Assembly: GCF_006345805.1 (NCBI RefSeq)
Contig: NC_043007.1
Location: 65,782,001-65,846,000 of the forward strand
Reading direction: 5' to 3'
Length of the DNA stretch: 64,000 nt
DNA from: Octopus sinensis
Taxonomy: Eukaryota
A model generated the notes under the pieces. The model ran no database searches. It was not told the origin of the DNA and worked only from the letters and a program-made list of their open reading frames with translations. Below are positions 12,059-24,660 of the stretch, piece after piece. Position numbers and translations under genes: made by a program. Position 1 is the first letter of the stretch. Each line of letters begins with the position of its first letter.

Positions 12059-13349
12059 GTAGGTGCATCATGTCATAGGTAAGAGTTTTCTCCCCTAGGA
12101 CAGTGGCAGGAAAAACGATTCTAGAGAAAATGCAGTGTGCTCTCACGTGTAAATCTACTACGTAATCAGTGACATGCGCAAAACTCTGAGCAGAGACAGA
12201 CATTTCTCTCAGTACAGCAATACACACACTCATACATACACGTACACATGCACACGTACATATGCACACGCGCACACACACACGCACGCACTCACACACG
12301 CAATCACACACACATATATATATTTATATGCATCTTCGTAGGCGTATAGTTGTTTAGGTTTCTGAATGAATATACCTGTTTAATAAACGTAATCACCAGG
12401 TCACCACAATTGATTTCTTCATTGTCTTATGTAATAGTTCCCTCGAAAAATTAAATCTAAATCTACCCCAGCTCCGCCCTCACGAAAATGCAAAACATAA
12501 CTGAAGTAAAATAAAAAAAAAGAAAAAGAAAAGCACATGGGTGTGTGCATTCATGCATCTCCGAAGAGTGTTCATCACACACACACACACCACACACACA
12601 CACATACACACACGCACACACGCTCACACACACACTCATACACATGCCACACACACACACTCGCAAACACACGCGTGCGCACACGCACACGCATACTTAC
12701 ACACAAACATTGATATATACACGCACGCATATATGCATATATATGTAATTATACGCATATACACAAGCAACATATATACATAAGAATATGTATATATATA
12801 TTCATATATACATATTACACATATATAAATACATATGAATATATATTTATATATATATATATATATATATATGCTTATATGTGTGTATATATTTATATAT
12901 ACATATCACACATATATAAATATGAATATATATATACATACATATATATACATTTATATATCCGAAGGATTAATCCGTCAGATATTTAATGCTTTGGGTG
13001 GGTGGGTGGGCGAGGGCGCCTGCAATCACCTGTATTATTGATTCTGTTATAATTTTTTTTAAATAGTTACGCTGGATAATGACAGAATTAATATCTTCGC
13101 AAATTTATTTTTCGTGAATTATTTGCTTCATATCGAGTAATGCACATGTATATATAAATATATATACGTGTGTGTGCGTGTGTGAGTGTTTGAGTGTGTG
13201 TATATGGAAAGTGGCTTGTTTACCAACCACATGGTTCCGGGTTCAGTCCCACTGCATGGCACTTTGGGTAAATGTCTTCTTCTATGGCCTCGGGCCGACC
13301 AAAGCCTTGTGAGTGGATTTGGTAGACGGAAACTGAAGGAAGCCCGTCG

Positions 13350-13377
<28 letters not shown>

Positions 13378-13380
<3 letters not shown>

Positions 13381-13490
13381 GAAGGAGCTTCTACAGGACT
13401 AGAACTGTTTCATTCAAGAGAAATCTTCAGGAAGCTTCCTGAAGATTTCTCTTGAATGAACAGTTCTAGTCCTGTAGAAGCTCCTTCTAT
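13378..13490. repeat. Spacer-less palindrome, 57/56-bp arms
   Basis: Centre gaag|cttc at 13434/13435. The arms differ by one indel. Confidence 0.97.
13386..13436 (-). ncRNA. Candidate type I hammerhead ribozyme
   Basis: Minus strand: AGCUUC-CUGAAGA-U UUC ucuu GAA U-GAAACAG uucuaguc CUGUA-GAAGCU. Stem I 6 bp, stem III 4 bp, GUA site. Non-canonical U.U at 10.1-11.1. Confidence 0.7.
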
Positions 13491-13564
13491 ATAATAAATA
13501 ATTTTACTCTGCTATGTATTGAGTACCTTATTTACTGTGGTTAACCCCGAATCAACCCGGGACC

Positions 13565-13612
<48 letters not shown>

Positions 13613-13888
13613 GTGTTTGGTTGTGTGTTTGAACTGTGTGTTGTATATGTGCTTGTGTGTGTGTGTGTATGTGCCTGTGTGTTGTGTGTTTGTCCCCCCC
13701 ATATTCACATGACAACTCATGTTGGTATGTTTGCGTCCCCGTTAAGACCCTGATAGAATAAGTACTATGCCCACACAGAATAAGTCCTGGGGTCAATTTC
13801 TACAACAAAAGGGGCTGTTCCAGCATGGTCGCAGTTAAAAGACTGAAACAAGTAAGTGAAAATAAATAAAAGAATATATATTATATAC

Positions 13889-13954
<66 letters not shown>

Positions 13955-14506
13955 AGCAAATGAAATTGAAGAATAACAAAAAGTGTAGAAGGCTTGCAAT
14001 GACAGTAAAAAAAAACGATATGAATACAAGGAAGAAAGGCTAAAGGAAGGGAGAAATGACATAAGGTAACAAAGAAAAGGAAAGAAACGGAGTCGGAGTG
14101 AAAAGGACACTTTACACATGGCTGATAAGCGGAAGTTTATCAGATTGGACGGATAGGAAATGCATCTCTCGTGCAATGGTGGACGATGTTGAATATGTGT
14201 GCGAAGCAGGGTGACAAAGCTGTGACATTTGAATGAAGGAAGCTGTAACAAATGTCGTTATGTACATTGTTATTGAAAAGAAAAAAAAAAGGAAAAGAAA
14301 TAGAAAGAAATGAAGAAGGCCACCGTCACCCTACCTGCCTGCCTGCCTGCCTGCCTCGGCCTCTGTGTCCCCCTCCATCACCATCACTATCAAAAACAAC
14401 AGCAAAAACAAACGAGGTAAAGAAAGAAAGAACGAAAGAAAGAAAAAAAGGTGAAAAAACAAACAATAGAATAAAATAACGTTGCCAATAAAAAACGGGA
14501 TTTAAA

Positions 14507-14543
<37 letters not shown>

Positions 14544-14563
14544 GTAATAACAATAACAACAAC

Positions 14564-14600
<37 letters not shown>

Positions 14601-14668
14601 TTAATAATAAAATGTATGGTAATGATAATGATAATGATGATGATGATGATAACAACAACAACAACAAC

Positions 14669-14699
<31 letters not shown>

Positions 14700-14986
14700 G
14701 CAATAACGATAATATGATCGTAGTAATACTAATATTGATAAAAGACAAAAAATAAACGAAAGGAATAACGTGCCTACATATGCACGTGTGTGTGTGTGTG
14801 TGTGGTATGTGTGTGTTTGTGTGTGTGTTTGTGTTTGTATAACTGTCTCCATATAATTCTCCTACGATACTAAGTTTGTATGCATACATAACATACATAT
14901 ATATATGTGTGTGTGTGTGTGTGTATTTATATAAATTCATATATGTGTTTTTATATATGTATATAATATAAATATTTATATATATA

Positions 14987-15110
14987 TTTCTTTACTACCC
15001 ACAAGGGGCTAAACACAGAGGGGACAAACAAGGACAGACAAACGGATTAAGTCGATTACATCGACCCAGTGCGTAACTGGTACTTAATTTATCGACCCCG
15101 AAAGGATACG
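14987..15110 (-). mobile_element. SINE family B, body fragment
   Basis: tttactacccacaaggggctaaacacagag...atcgaccccgaaaggat. Confidence 0.85.
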
Positions 15111-15145
15111 TATATATGCATATATGTATATACATACATACATAT

Positions 15146-15205
<60 letters not shown>

Positions 15206-15364
15206 GAGTATATACACACCACACACACACGCACTCTGGCATCCACTTACACTCGAGCGCATGCACATATTCACATGCAGTTATATAGCCACGCATTTAC
15301 AACGCACCTACATGCAGGCATGCATGTATTTACGCATATATACATACAGCTACACACCAACACA

Positions 15365-15757
15365 CTCTTTTGCTTGTTTCAGTCATTTGACTGTGGCCAT
15401 GCTGGAGCGCTTTAGTCGAGCAAATCGAACCCATGACTTATTCTTTGTAAGCCTTGTAGTTATTCTATCGGTCTCTTTTGCCGAACCGCTAAGTTACGGC
15501 GACGTAAACACACCTGCATCGGTTGTCAAGCGATGTTGTGGGAGGGGGAAAACACAGACACACAAACATATACACACATATATATATATACATATATACG
15601 ACGGGCTTCTTCCAGTTTCCGTCTACCAAATCCACTCACAAGGCCTTTGGTCGATCCGACACTATAGTAGAAGACACTTACCCAAGTGTCCCACGAAGTG
15701 GGACTGAACCCGGAACCATGTGGGTGGTAAACAAGCTACTTACCACATAGCCACTCC
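15365..15757 (-). mobile_element. SINE family A, full length
   Basis: Reverse complement of the 8209 family with both halves. Confidence 0.85.
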
Positions 15758-15801
15758 ATTATATATATATACATACATTACATATACATATTATATATAT
15801 A

Positions 15802-15853
<52 letters not shown>

Positions 15854-16129
15854 ACACGCCTTATCAGAGTTTGACCACCTCCTGTACTTACACCTTACAA
15901 CCATCATGGCATCTGATGTGACTTTTTAAACTAGACTATGTTTTGAAAAGACACCTATATGGATTGCAGATCCGGTTTGGACCACCAAGAGTTGCAGATA
16001 AGTTCTGATCTTTGTTCATTTTAAAATGTCTTTTGAAGCCTCCGTTAGATTCGTACATACTGACATGTGCACATACATATCTAAACATATCTAAGTATGT
16101 ATATTATTCAAAATGCAAAAATTGAAGAA

Positions 16130-16760
16130 AAGTGTAGAAACGAATATCTTAGACATTAATTGGATTATTATGGAATTATACGCGAAAGAGTTGATAATAA
16201 TCCAGTAAAAGTCCTCAATACACGAGCTGTTCCAATAATAAGCTATAGTTTGATGTTCTCAACTGGACGTTAGATGAACTATCAAAAAAAGTTTTTAAAT
16301 CATGAAAATTAATGACTGTATTTAGAATTCACAGCTCAAAATCTGACGTAGTAAGATTACATTTACTACGATTACAGGGAGTTAGAACTCTTATGTAACT
16401 AGAAAATCGTCATTATATATGAAATTTAGGACTACAAAAATATCTAATAAAGGATAATGGAAATCTAAATTAAATTATTGCTCCAAAATATGTAAAAGAC
16501 AAAAAGTTATTTTGTGTGTTCAAGGAAGCGAAGAAATATAAAACAAGGCTGTAATAGACAAACAATAATTGTAACACTGGCTGAGATGCACAAGATTCTT
16601 ATCGAAGACTGAAGGATTCTTAACTGGGATAAAGGACAAAAGCCTTCTCACCGGAAACCACCAAAAGAATCTTACATAGCATCTTAATAAACCTCAATGT
16701 GTGCTTCAACTGACATGCTAGGAAAAGAAGACAACAAACGTAGTGCGAATAGGTGACAGC
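16130..16760 (+). pseudogene. Dong/R4-like LINE fragment (post-RT region)
   Basis: LNTRAVPIISYS, NWTLDEL, HSSKSDVVRLHLLRLQGVRTL (HPKSD.RLY..R..GGRGL-like), KTEGFLTGIKDKSLLT (TEG..AAQDQ.L.T-like). Confidence 0.75.
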
Positions 16761-16991
16761 CACAGATGTTAAGGCAGGTGAACAGCATTCAAAGATTTTG
16801 CACTGAAGACGCTGGTAGTTTAATCAAAATAAAACTGTGGGTTTTTTAATCATGAATTGTATTTTGTTTATCACACACACACGCACACACACACACCACG
16901 CTCGCACACACACAAACACGCGCGCGCACGCACACACACCACACACACACACGCACACATACACACACGCACACATATATAAATATATTAT

Positions 16992-17180
16992 TTTATTTTT
17001 TATTTGTTTCAGTCATTTGACTGCGGCCATGCTGGAATACTGCGTTTAGTCGAACAAATCGACCCCAGGACTTATTCTTTGTAAGCTGAGTACTTATTCT
17101 ATCGGGCTCACTTGCTGAACCGCTAGGTTACGGCGACGTAAACACACCTGCATCGGTTGTCAAACGATGATGGGAGGACA
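16992..17180 (-). mobile_element. SINE family A, 3' half
   Basis: tttcagtcatttgactgcggccatgctgg...ggcgacgtaaacacacc. Confidence 0.85.
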
Positions 17181-17639
17181 AATATATATCAATGTGATCG
17201 ACTCTGCGAAGCTTCCGCCAAATTTCAGGCTTTGTGCCTAAAGTAAAAAGAATTACTATGTTCTGTTTTGGTTTTGCTTTACTTTATACAGGCTACTCCC
17301 AAGTCTCAACCAGAGAAGTCAATGGACCACAAAGTTTTGTATCTGAAGATGCTAACAGGTGAGGTGCCATGCAATTGGAAATACCGATATTATGGCAGAA
17401 AAAATACCGAGTGCGTAAGGTTGCATATAGATGGAGAGGGATTTACGTAGAATGTTTGGTACCTAATAAGTATGATCTTTTGTAATTCGCTCATTTTGGA
17501 GCTGCCAAGAATTTGGTTTACATTCTTGTTTATTCCTCTTGATAATAGTAACCCGATGATAATAGGTTATGCTGTTGTTTTGAGATGCCATATTCCTCCG
17601 ACTTCAACCTCCAGGTCCTTAGACTTGATCAGTTTTCCA

Positions 17640-17960
17640 AGCGTTTTTGGAGATGCACTTTTTCTGTGGGGGCTGAAACATCAGTCAGAAGACATGTCTT
17701 TTCAATATGATTTTTCACAATGAAATCAGGTCAGTTTGCCTGTAATGATCGCACCGCTGCCCTTCTTCAATCGGGCAGGCAAGGGAGTTTCCCTTTGCCT
17801 GGTGGCTATGGCGAAAGAGGTTGTTTGGTGGACAAGGCTGAAAGGCAGGAGGATAGATACATTATTCTTTGGTAGAGCTCTCATTGACTCCTTCAAATTT
17901 CACTTGAAAGGGAAATTAAGAGTGGAAAGGGAAGTGCTGTCCTCGAGTGAGTTTATTAAT
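17640..17960 (+). pseudogene. Diverged second Tx1-like ORF2 C-terminal fragment
   Basis: VAMAKEVVWWTRLKG...FKFHLKGKLRVEREVLSS aligns with ..AMAKECIWWTRLKG...LKYHLKRKVRVERQVLSS of the 2048-5480 element. Confidence 0.85.
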
Positions 17961-19972
17961 GATAATAAAGGTGATGATGATGCGATATAAGCTAGTGGTT
18001 CTCATGGCTTCTGGTCTTAACTGATTTGAAGTGTTATCATCTACATGTTTTGTTTTGGTATAAGATGGGCTACAGCAAATATTCTGCTCAATAGCACAGA
18101 TTTACTTGTCAGTTGCTTGACTTTAATCCGTTGGGGACTGATGATAGCTGTATCTCTGATCACGAGCAGGAGTAGTGGGGGTGCATCATAACCATGTGTT
18201 GAGGGGAATTCTTTGGAGTTTGAATAATTCACCTCTGGAAACATGGGTGTTTCGTTCAACAACGTTAAACAAGCCTTATTCAGAGGTCCTTTGAGCTGCT
18301 AAGCATTTTGCCCGGTTGCTAACGATTCTCTTGTATCTCGCCTTCATCTTGCCCTTCAACGTGCCCCAATAAATTTCATTCTGCACAGAAACAAATTTTT
18401 TGCACTGATTCTGTATTGCTATTTTTTCTCTCTTATTGTTCTCTCTTGTCTTTTCCAAACAGCATCTCACAATCGTACCTTTGCACACTCTTCTACCATA
18501 CCCTCCGCATTCTTCTCGTCTTTCTATTCACCTCACATTTGCACTTTCGTCACTTCCTCGTACACAATACGCTTGCACATACATTCCAACAACCCATACT
18601 CCCACTATCTCGGGCTACAGCATTTCCACACTTGCAAAACTCTACATATATACGCCCTTATAAGAAAAAACTACGGACACTCATGGCTTTTTATGCCCAC
18701 CTCAGTACATGGAAACACTTCTGCATTAGCACACATTCCCTTTAATTCCCCCTCATGAAACAACATTACCACTTGATTCCCTATGCTTCACCTAGTATTT
18801 CCCCTTTGAACACTTTTGATCTTTCCCTTTCCTTCTATCCTTTTCTTTCATACTTTTCACTTAATGAAAGACTTGTGTACGAAACGTTAAGACGCTTTCA
18901 CTTACTATTTAGCGTTAAGCTGATACAATACTTGTTAACACTAGTCTCTTCTGCGCTGTCTTCCTCCATTTTGTGATCATTGCTTACGTATGTGTATGTT
19001 TGTTGTTTATTCGGTTAAAGGTACGTGTCTGTACTTGTGTGCTTGTAGTTATAAAATGTGTGAGTGTACGTGTGTGCGTGTGCGTATTTATGTGTGTGTG
19101 TATGAAAGCGTGTTTGCGTTTCTGTGTGTATGCTTGTGTGCACCGAATTTTGTGCACCAAATTGCACATGTCTGTTAATGTGTGTCGCTTGATAAATTAT
19201 GAATTATCGTTGTCGAGTTTTCGGTCGTGCATCATCATCTTTTTCGACATCTCACTGCCGTCATCATCGTGATCACCACCACCACCACCACCACCACCAC
19301 CTTCCTCATGATCATCATGATGATCATCTTCTCTCCCTCGGTACCACCACCGCTGTCGTCTTCAACATCGCCGTCGTCGCTCTCGCCACCTCCGCAGTGA
19401 TTGCCACCATTCGTGCCCTCATTGTCACCCGCTACAATAACCTCTCCTCTAAATAACGTCCTGTTAGAGCCAGATTAGTTCCGGCTGAAGCAGTGACCAG
19501 ATCATTGGACATCTTCAGGGGTGGTGGCCGTGCTGGAGCTGGAAATGATGGGTATATGCCTGTACATGTTCATGTGCCTGTGTATGTGCGTGTGATTGTG
19601 TATGCGCATTGTGTGTATATGTGTGCATGCATGTATGTATGTATGTATGTATGTATGTGTGTGTGTGTGTGTGTGTGTGTATGTGAAGAAAGAAGAGATA
19701 ATGAATTAGAGATGATGGAAAAGATGATGATGATTGTCATGAAACTCATTATCATCACGACACCACGACGATGGCGACAACGACGACGTCGACGACGAGA
19801 AGGAGCAAGAGAAAAGAAAGAGGAGGATGAGGATGAGCTGGCTGGGAGAGAGGAAATATAACTGTATTTGATTGAATGCATAATTGAGTGCAGTAGTGGG
19901 TGACGGAAACACAGAAAGAGAGAGAAACAGAGAAAAGGAGAGCAAAGAATCACACGCACACACACACACACA

Positions 19973-20058
<86 letters not shown>

Positions 20059-20080
20059 GAGAAAGAAGGAAAGAATGAAA

Positions 20081-20136
<56 letters not shown>

Positions 20137-20296
20137 CAGACAGTGAAGATGAGTGTTAATGGAAGATAAAGCGACAAAGATACAGAAGCAATTATAGAAT
20201 ACAAGACGTTATTTTGTAAATATATATCATTGACTTTAAGATACAAATTTCTCTCTCTCAATATATAGATGTATGTATATATTTATATATATGTGT

Positions 20297-20334
<38 letters not shown>

Positions 20335-20590
20335 ATATACATATGTGTGTATGTGTAAATGCATGCCTCTGTGTGTACACACACACAAACACACACACAC
20401 AAATATATATACATACATATAGACAAACACACACACACACACACAGATATATATCTATATATTATATATATATATATTATATTAAATTAGAGACAAAACC
20501 ACTATTATGCAAATCAAACAAAGAAAGACTTAATCCAATACATAAAATAATTTATAAAATTAAATTTAATTATATATATATATATATACA

Positions 20591-20748
20591 CAGTCGCGGC
20601 CAAAAGATTGGAACATTTTTTCAATTAAAATTGCTATACTCACCATTTTACTGTATGTAGTAATAATATATCGAAAATTAAATACCTTTGGTCATTTAAT
20701 ATAATAATTTTAATTTTTAGACCTACGTTCCAATATTTTGGCCATGTG
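20591..20748. mobile_element. Tc1-like MITE
   Basis: Termini cagtcgcggccaaaagattggaac and gttccaatattttggccatgtg form an imperfect inverted pair. TA follows the right end. Confidence 0.55.
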
Positions 20749-21728
20749 TATATGGACGTGTACATATAGTAAGAGGGAAATGTAAATATAGTCAGCTTGA
20801 TTGATAGATAGGTAGGTAAACATAACAATTAATAAATACGTATGTGGACAGGTAGACAAAATGCGTGTGGCTAGATAGGTATGGAGATAGATAAATAGAT
20901 GAATAATTAAAAGGATAGACAAAAATGAAAAAATACACAGGCATGGTATTAATGTAAAAATGCCCATAATTCTATATCGGAAGCAACTCGGCCCCGTGGC
21001 AATCAGAAATAACCTCTCATGCATGAAATTTAAACTTTTTAGTTCTCTCGCAAAATCGAATTTTCTTTTAATTTTATTTTAAACATAAAAGGACTTGGCA
21101 TTCACCTCAATCCTTTTATCGTAGCAAAATATATTTAAGTGGTTATTGAAGGCTCTCTTCAGAGATGAAGTTCATGATTTGTAAAAACAGGAATGAAGTT
21201 GTGTCATCTATAAAAACCGTTAGTTCTTGAGCAGGTTTGAAGTTTTATAACTTTAGTTCTATATAGGCTTGACTTAATCTAGTGAAAAGGGATAAGTGAA
21301 TTAAAATTATTACATCTTCAAATAGATTTACTCTCGAAAGTGTTAATTTTCAGCCTGCTGAATGCCATCATTGTGTATACAAAACGTGATGCAATTTTGA
21401 TGTTCCAGAAATACGTTTCATTTTCTCCTGAGGAAATTGTTAACAGATCACATTTAAATCAATTAAGTATGTATGTTAACTACGTAATTATGTAAATGCT
21501 GATTCTTTTTTTACTCTATTGAGACAGTTATAGAGAACAATTAAATTATGAATCATATATGAATTTATGTTTTTCCCCATTTTGCTGGTCTAAATATGTT
21601 GCTCTCTGCTATCGTTTGAAGTCATCCTGTACATACATGCAAGTTTAATCCACCAATATTTATTGCATTCTAACAATGTATTGGAGTTTAACGATATGTT
21701 AATCATTGAGCTCTTAAATACTTCTGTG

Positions 21729-22050
21729 AAGGCGCATAGTTCAGTGGTTAGAGCGTTGGGCACACAATCATAAGGTAGTGAGTTCGATTCCCGGACCGGG
21801 ACGTGCGTTGCATTCTTGAGCAAGACACTTTATTTCACGTTGCTCTAGTTCACTCAGCTGTAGAAATGAGTTGCGACGTCACTGATGTCAAGCTGTAGTG
21901 GCCTTTGTCTTTCCCTTAGATAACATCGGTGGCGTGGAGAGAGAATGTTGGTATACATGGGCGACTGCTGGTCTTCCATAAACAACCTTGCTCGGAGGGT
22001 AATTTTCTTGGTGCAATCCTTTGGTCATTCATGACCGAAGGCGGCCTTTT
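21729..22050 (+). mobile_element. tRNA-derived SINE (head D type)
   Basis: ggcgcatagttcagtggttagagc (A box), gagttcgattccc (B box), ttcttgagcaagacactttatttcacgttgctc. Confidence 0.8.
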
Positions 22051-22550
22051 CCATTACTTTAAATGCTACTGATATATTTTAACATATTTATACATCAATT
22101 CGGTATAAAGAAATGCGTTTAGCTACAGACTTTCACTAGCAACCTGAAACATTAGTTTTTGTAGCCGGAACTAGGAAGATATATCAACCACCACTAGAAA
22201 CTTCTGAGTTAAAAGGATTTGCTTTAGGTGGAGGAGCGGAAACAGAGGCACACATCAGACGAAACAGTGTTTGATTGCCGAATCATGTCACGAGGGAGCA
22301 TTGTTTTGTGAAGACTGAAAGGAGTACATCTCATCACTGCTCAAAACACTCAAAAAATCATATCAGAGGAAAGGAGCACCATAGTTACATATCTCGCAAG
22401 CTAGAGAACAACCATCGCATTAACAAAAAGTGTGGCCTCTTCTGGACTTGTCATAGATATGTACCATCCCACCTAGAAATAGGATACGTAGGATTTACGA
22501 CGTATCTGATCCTGGTAAATAAGTAAATGAAGATACCTCTAAACTAATAC

Positions 22551-22872
22551 TTGTACTTGTACTTGTGGCGACATTCACCCTGGGCGGGTTGGGTCGGCTT
22601 CTTCTACCATGGAAGAAGTTTCATGGGAATTTGTGGATTTCACAAGCGATCCTCAACAATCCCGCATGTAGAGACATCCTGTTTGCCGCAGATTGTCCAC
22701 AGACGCAGGGACAGAACGATCGAGGAGCCGCCGGTTGCCGAAACAGACACTCCAAGGATTTTCCCCAGAGCCCCGTCTGCTAGGTTGTGGCCCTAATACC
22801 ACTCGGTGTCAGACCAATCCGCCTTGGGTGGCCCTACCAGGAACCGAAGTTCCCGACAGCATAGCTCTGACA
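22551..22872 (-). mobile_element. Short non-autonomous retroposon with (ACAAGT)3 tail and 14-bp TSD, possibly RTE-derived
   Basis: TSD ctctaa(a/g)ctaatac at 22537-22550 and 22873-22886. Tandem hexamer tail. GC-rich body without a tRNA head. Confidence 0.65.
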
Positions 22873-23629
22873 CTCTAAGCTAATACGTTGTGATATATAT
22901 AAAAAAAGAAGTAGTTGATGATGCCATGCCAAACGATACTATCTTCATAAGCAACTACCAACAAAAATACCCACTAAGTACCAGATTCTCATAGAACATG
23001 ACATTGTGGCGAAATATATTAGCATTGTTATCCAGTGGAAGGATTTTCTGGGTGGTCACAGAAAAAAGTACATCTTATCTGGAATGTATCCGTATTCTTA
23101 TAATTAATAGAATTTTGTGGATTATTCTAATACAAAACAACAATCCGGTACAAACGTAACAAACCTCATATTTTTCTGCAGTACAGCAGAATGAAAGTCA
23201 TGCACTGTTAGGAATTACTCATCTAAAGTTTTAGAAAAACAGAGTATCTACGCTTGAACTTCCAACTCTAATCAATAGAGCCTCGTTTATAGCTATTGTT
23301 GTATGTCATGCATTAGGTAGTAGCGTATTTGCATAAAAGCAAATAAATTCGTTTTTTTTTTCAAAGAAAGCCTGGTATTATCCAAATACAATTTATTTGT
23401 GGTACAGTGAAGATTTGCAAACAAATTTGTGGAATCTCTGTTTCATTTCCGTTGAAAGGGGTTAAATGTATATATTCGTTGAAGAGAGTGAAATCCATCC
23501 ATCTATCCATTCATCCATCCATCCATCCATACATACATACATACATACATACATACATACATACATACATACATGTATGTATGTATCTATCTATCTATAT
23601 CTCTATCTATGTATCTATGTATCTATGTA

Positions 23630-23660
<31 letters not shown>

Positions 23661-23680
23661 ATATATATATATTATATATA

Positions 23681-23728
<48 letters not shown>

Positions 23729-23729
23729 A

Positions 23730-24023
23730 TATAGAAAAAAGTAAAGAGTGAAAAAACTACAGAAGGCTTAAATGTTAAAAAATATATAATTTGCGTCAAT
23801 ATGTTGAAGAATATTAGAAAATTTAAAAAAAATTTCTTGCGACGTTCATAACGTCGCAAGAAATTTGAAAAGCTACACGCGAAACCGGTCTTTCTTTTAA
23901 ATTATGTCATTATAAGATGAAAAAAATTTTTTTTTAATTTTCTAATATTCTTCAGACATATTGACGCAATTTTTTTAACATTTAAGCCTTCTGTAGTTTT
24001 TTCACTCTTTACTTTTTTCTATA
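23730..24023. repeat. Fold-back element, arms of about 100-105 bp, with an internal hairpin and a degenerate hammerhead in the spacer
   Basis: Arms 23730-23835 / 23924-24023. 17-bp hairpin at 23830-23866. gaaaccggtc at 23881-23890. Confidence 0.9.
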
Positions 24024-24071
24024 TTCACCCACGTGCTTTCACAAACCAACTTTCTTATCTATCTATCTATA

Positions 24072-24134
24072 TCGATTGGACGGGGGGCGTTTTGCTCGTA
24101 TATATATACGAGCAAAACGCCCCCGTCCAATCGA
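24072..24134. repeat. Near-perfect 63-bp palindrome centred on (TA)5
   Basis: tcgattggacggggggcgttttgctcgtatatatatacgagcaaaacgcccccgtccaatcga; G6 versus C5 is the only difference. Confidence 0.97.
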
Positions 24135-24490
24135 CGGTGCCGAGTTGTCAAACATTTAAACAAAATTTTCTCAAAATAACTTGTCCGACCGTCCCATAGG
24201 CCTCCCCTTTGAGAAACACTGATTTAACCTAAATTTGAGACACCAGCAAAAGAAGAAATAAAGATATCGATCGCAACAGCTGATGTACTTGCGCGTACAA
24301 ATGGACGTTCCCACGGCTTTATCGATCACATTCTCACCTGGAATCGATTTTTATAATTTTTTCAAGACTTATACACGCCTTGATACCGTCGGTATCTACA
24401 TATCAAATTTGAGCGCAATCGGAGGGAGTATGCCCGAGATCCTAGAAGACACACACACGGATAGACAGAACGGATTTTATAATATATATA
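24135..24490 (+). mobile_element. Helitron/Helentron-like non-autonomous element (Lep1/DINE-like 3' end)
   Basis: aaatttgagcgcaatcgg...cacacacacggatagacagaacggattttataatata has the same terminal organisation as 26141-26526. Confidence 0.5.
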
Positions 24491-24550
<60 letters not shown>

Positions 24551-24618
24551 TATATATATTCGGTCATTTCAGTCATGTAACCAGTCACGTGTTTTTTGTG
24601 AACTTTTTCTTTTTCTTC

Positions 24619-24660
24619 TTTCTGACGAAGGGCTTTGCTCGAAACTTACTGAGTGTCAAG
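24619..24660 (+). ncRNA. Candidate minimal type I hammerhead in a probable Penelope pLTR remnant
   Basis: uuu-CUGACGA-a-GGGC uuu GCUC-GAAAC uuacugagu GUC-aag. Core intact; stems I and III short. Confidence 0.5.

Larger units (their letters stand above)
13206..13870 (+). mobile_element. SINE family A, interrupted in its (TA)n spacer by a palindromic element
   Basis: 5' half at 13206-13350, 3' half at about 13680-13870. Confidence 0.8.

Noticed and set aside
14326-14940. 204-aa poly-Leu ORF and similar ORFs (35564-36169, 48277-48756, 50557-51055, 51340-51921)
   Set aside because: These are translations of microsatellites lacking stops in some frames.
18041-18488. Two minus-strand ORFs that could be LTR integrase or a host exon
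   Set aside because: No recognisable HHCC or DDE motif and no clear splice context.
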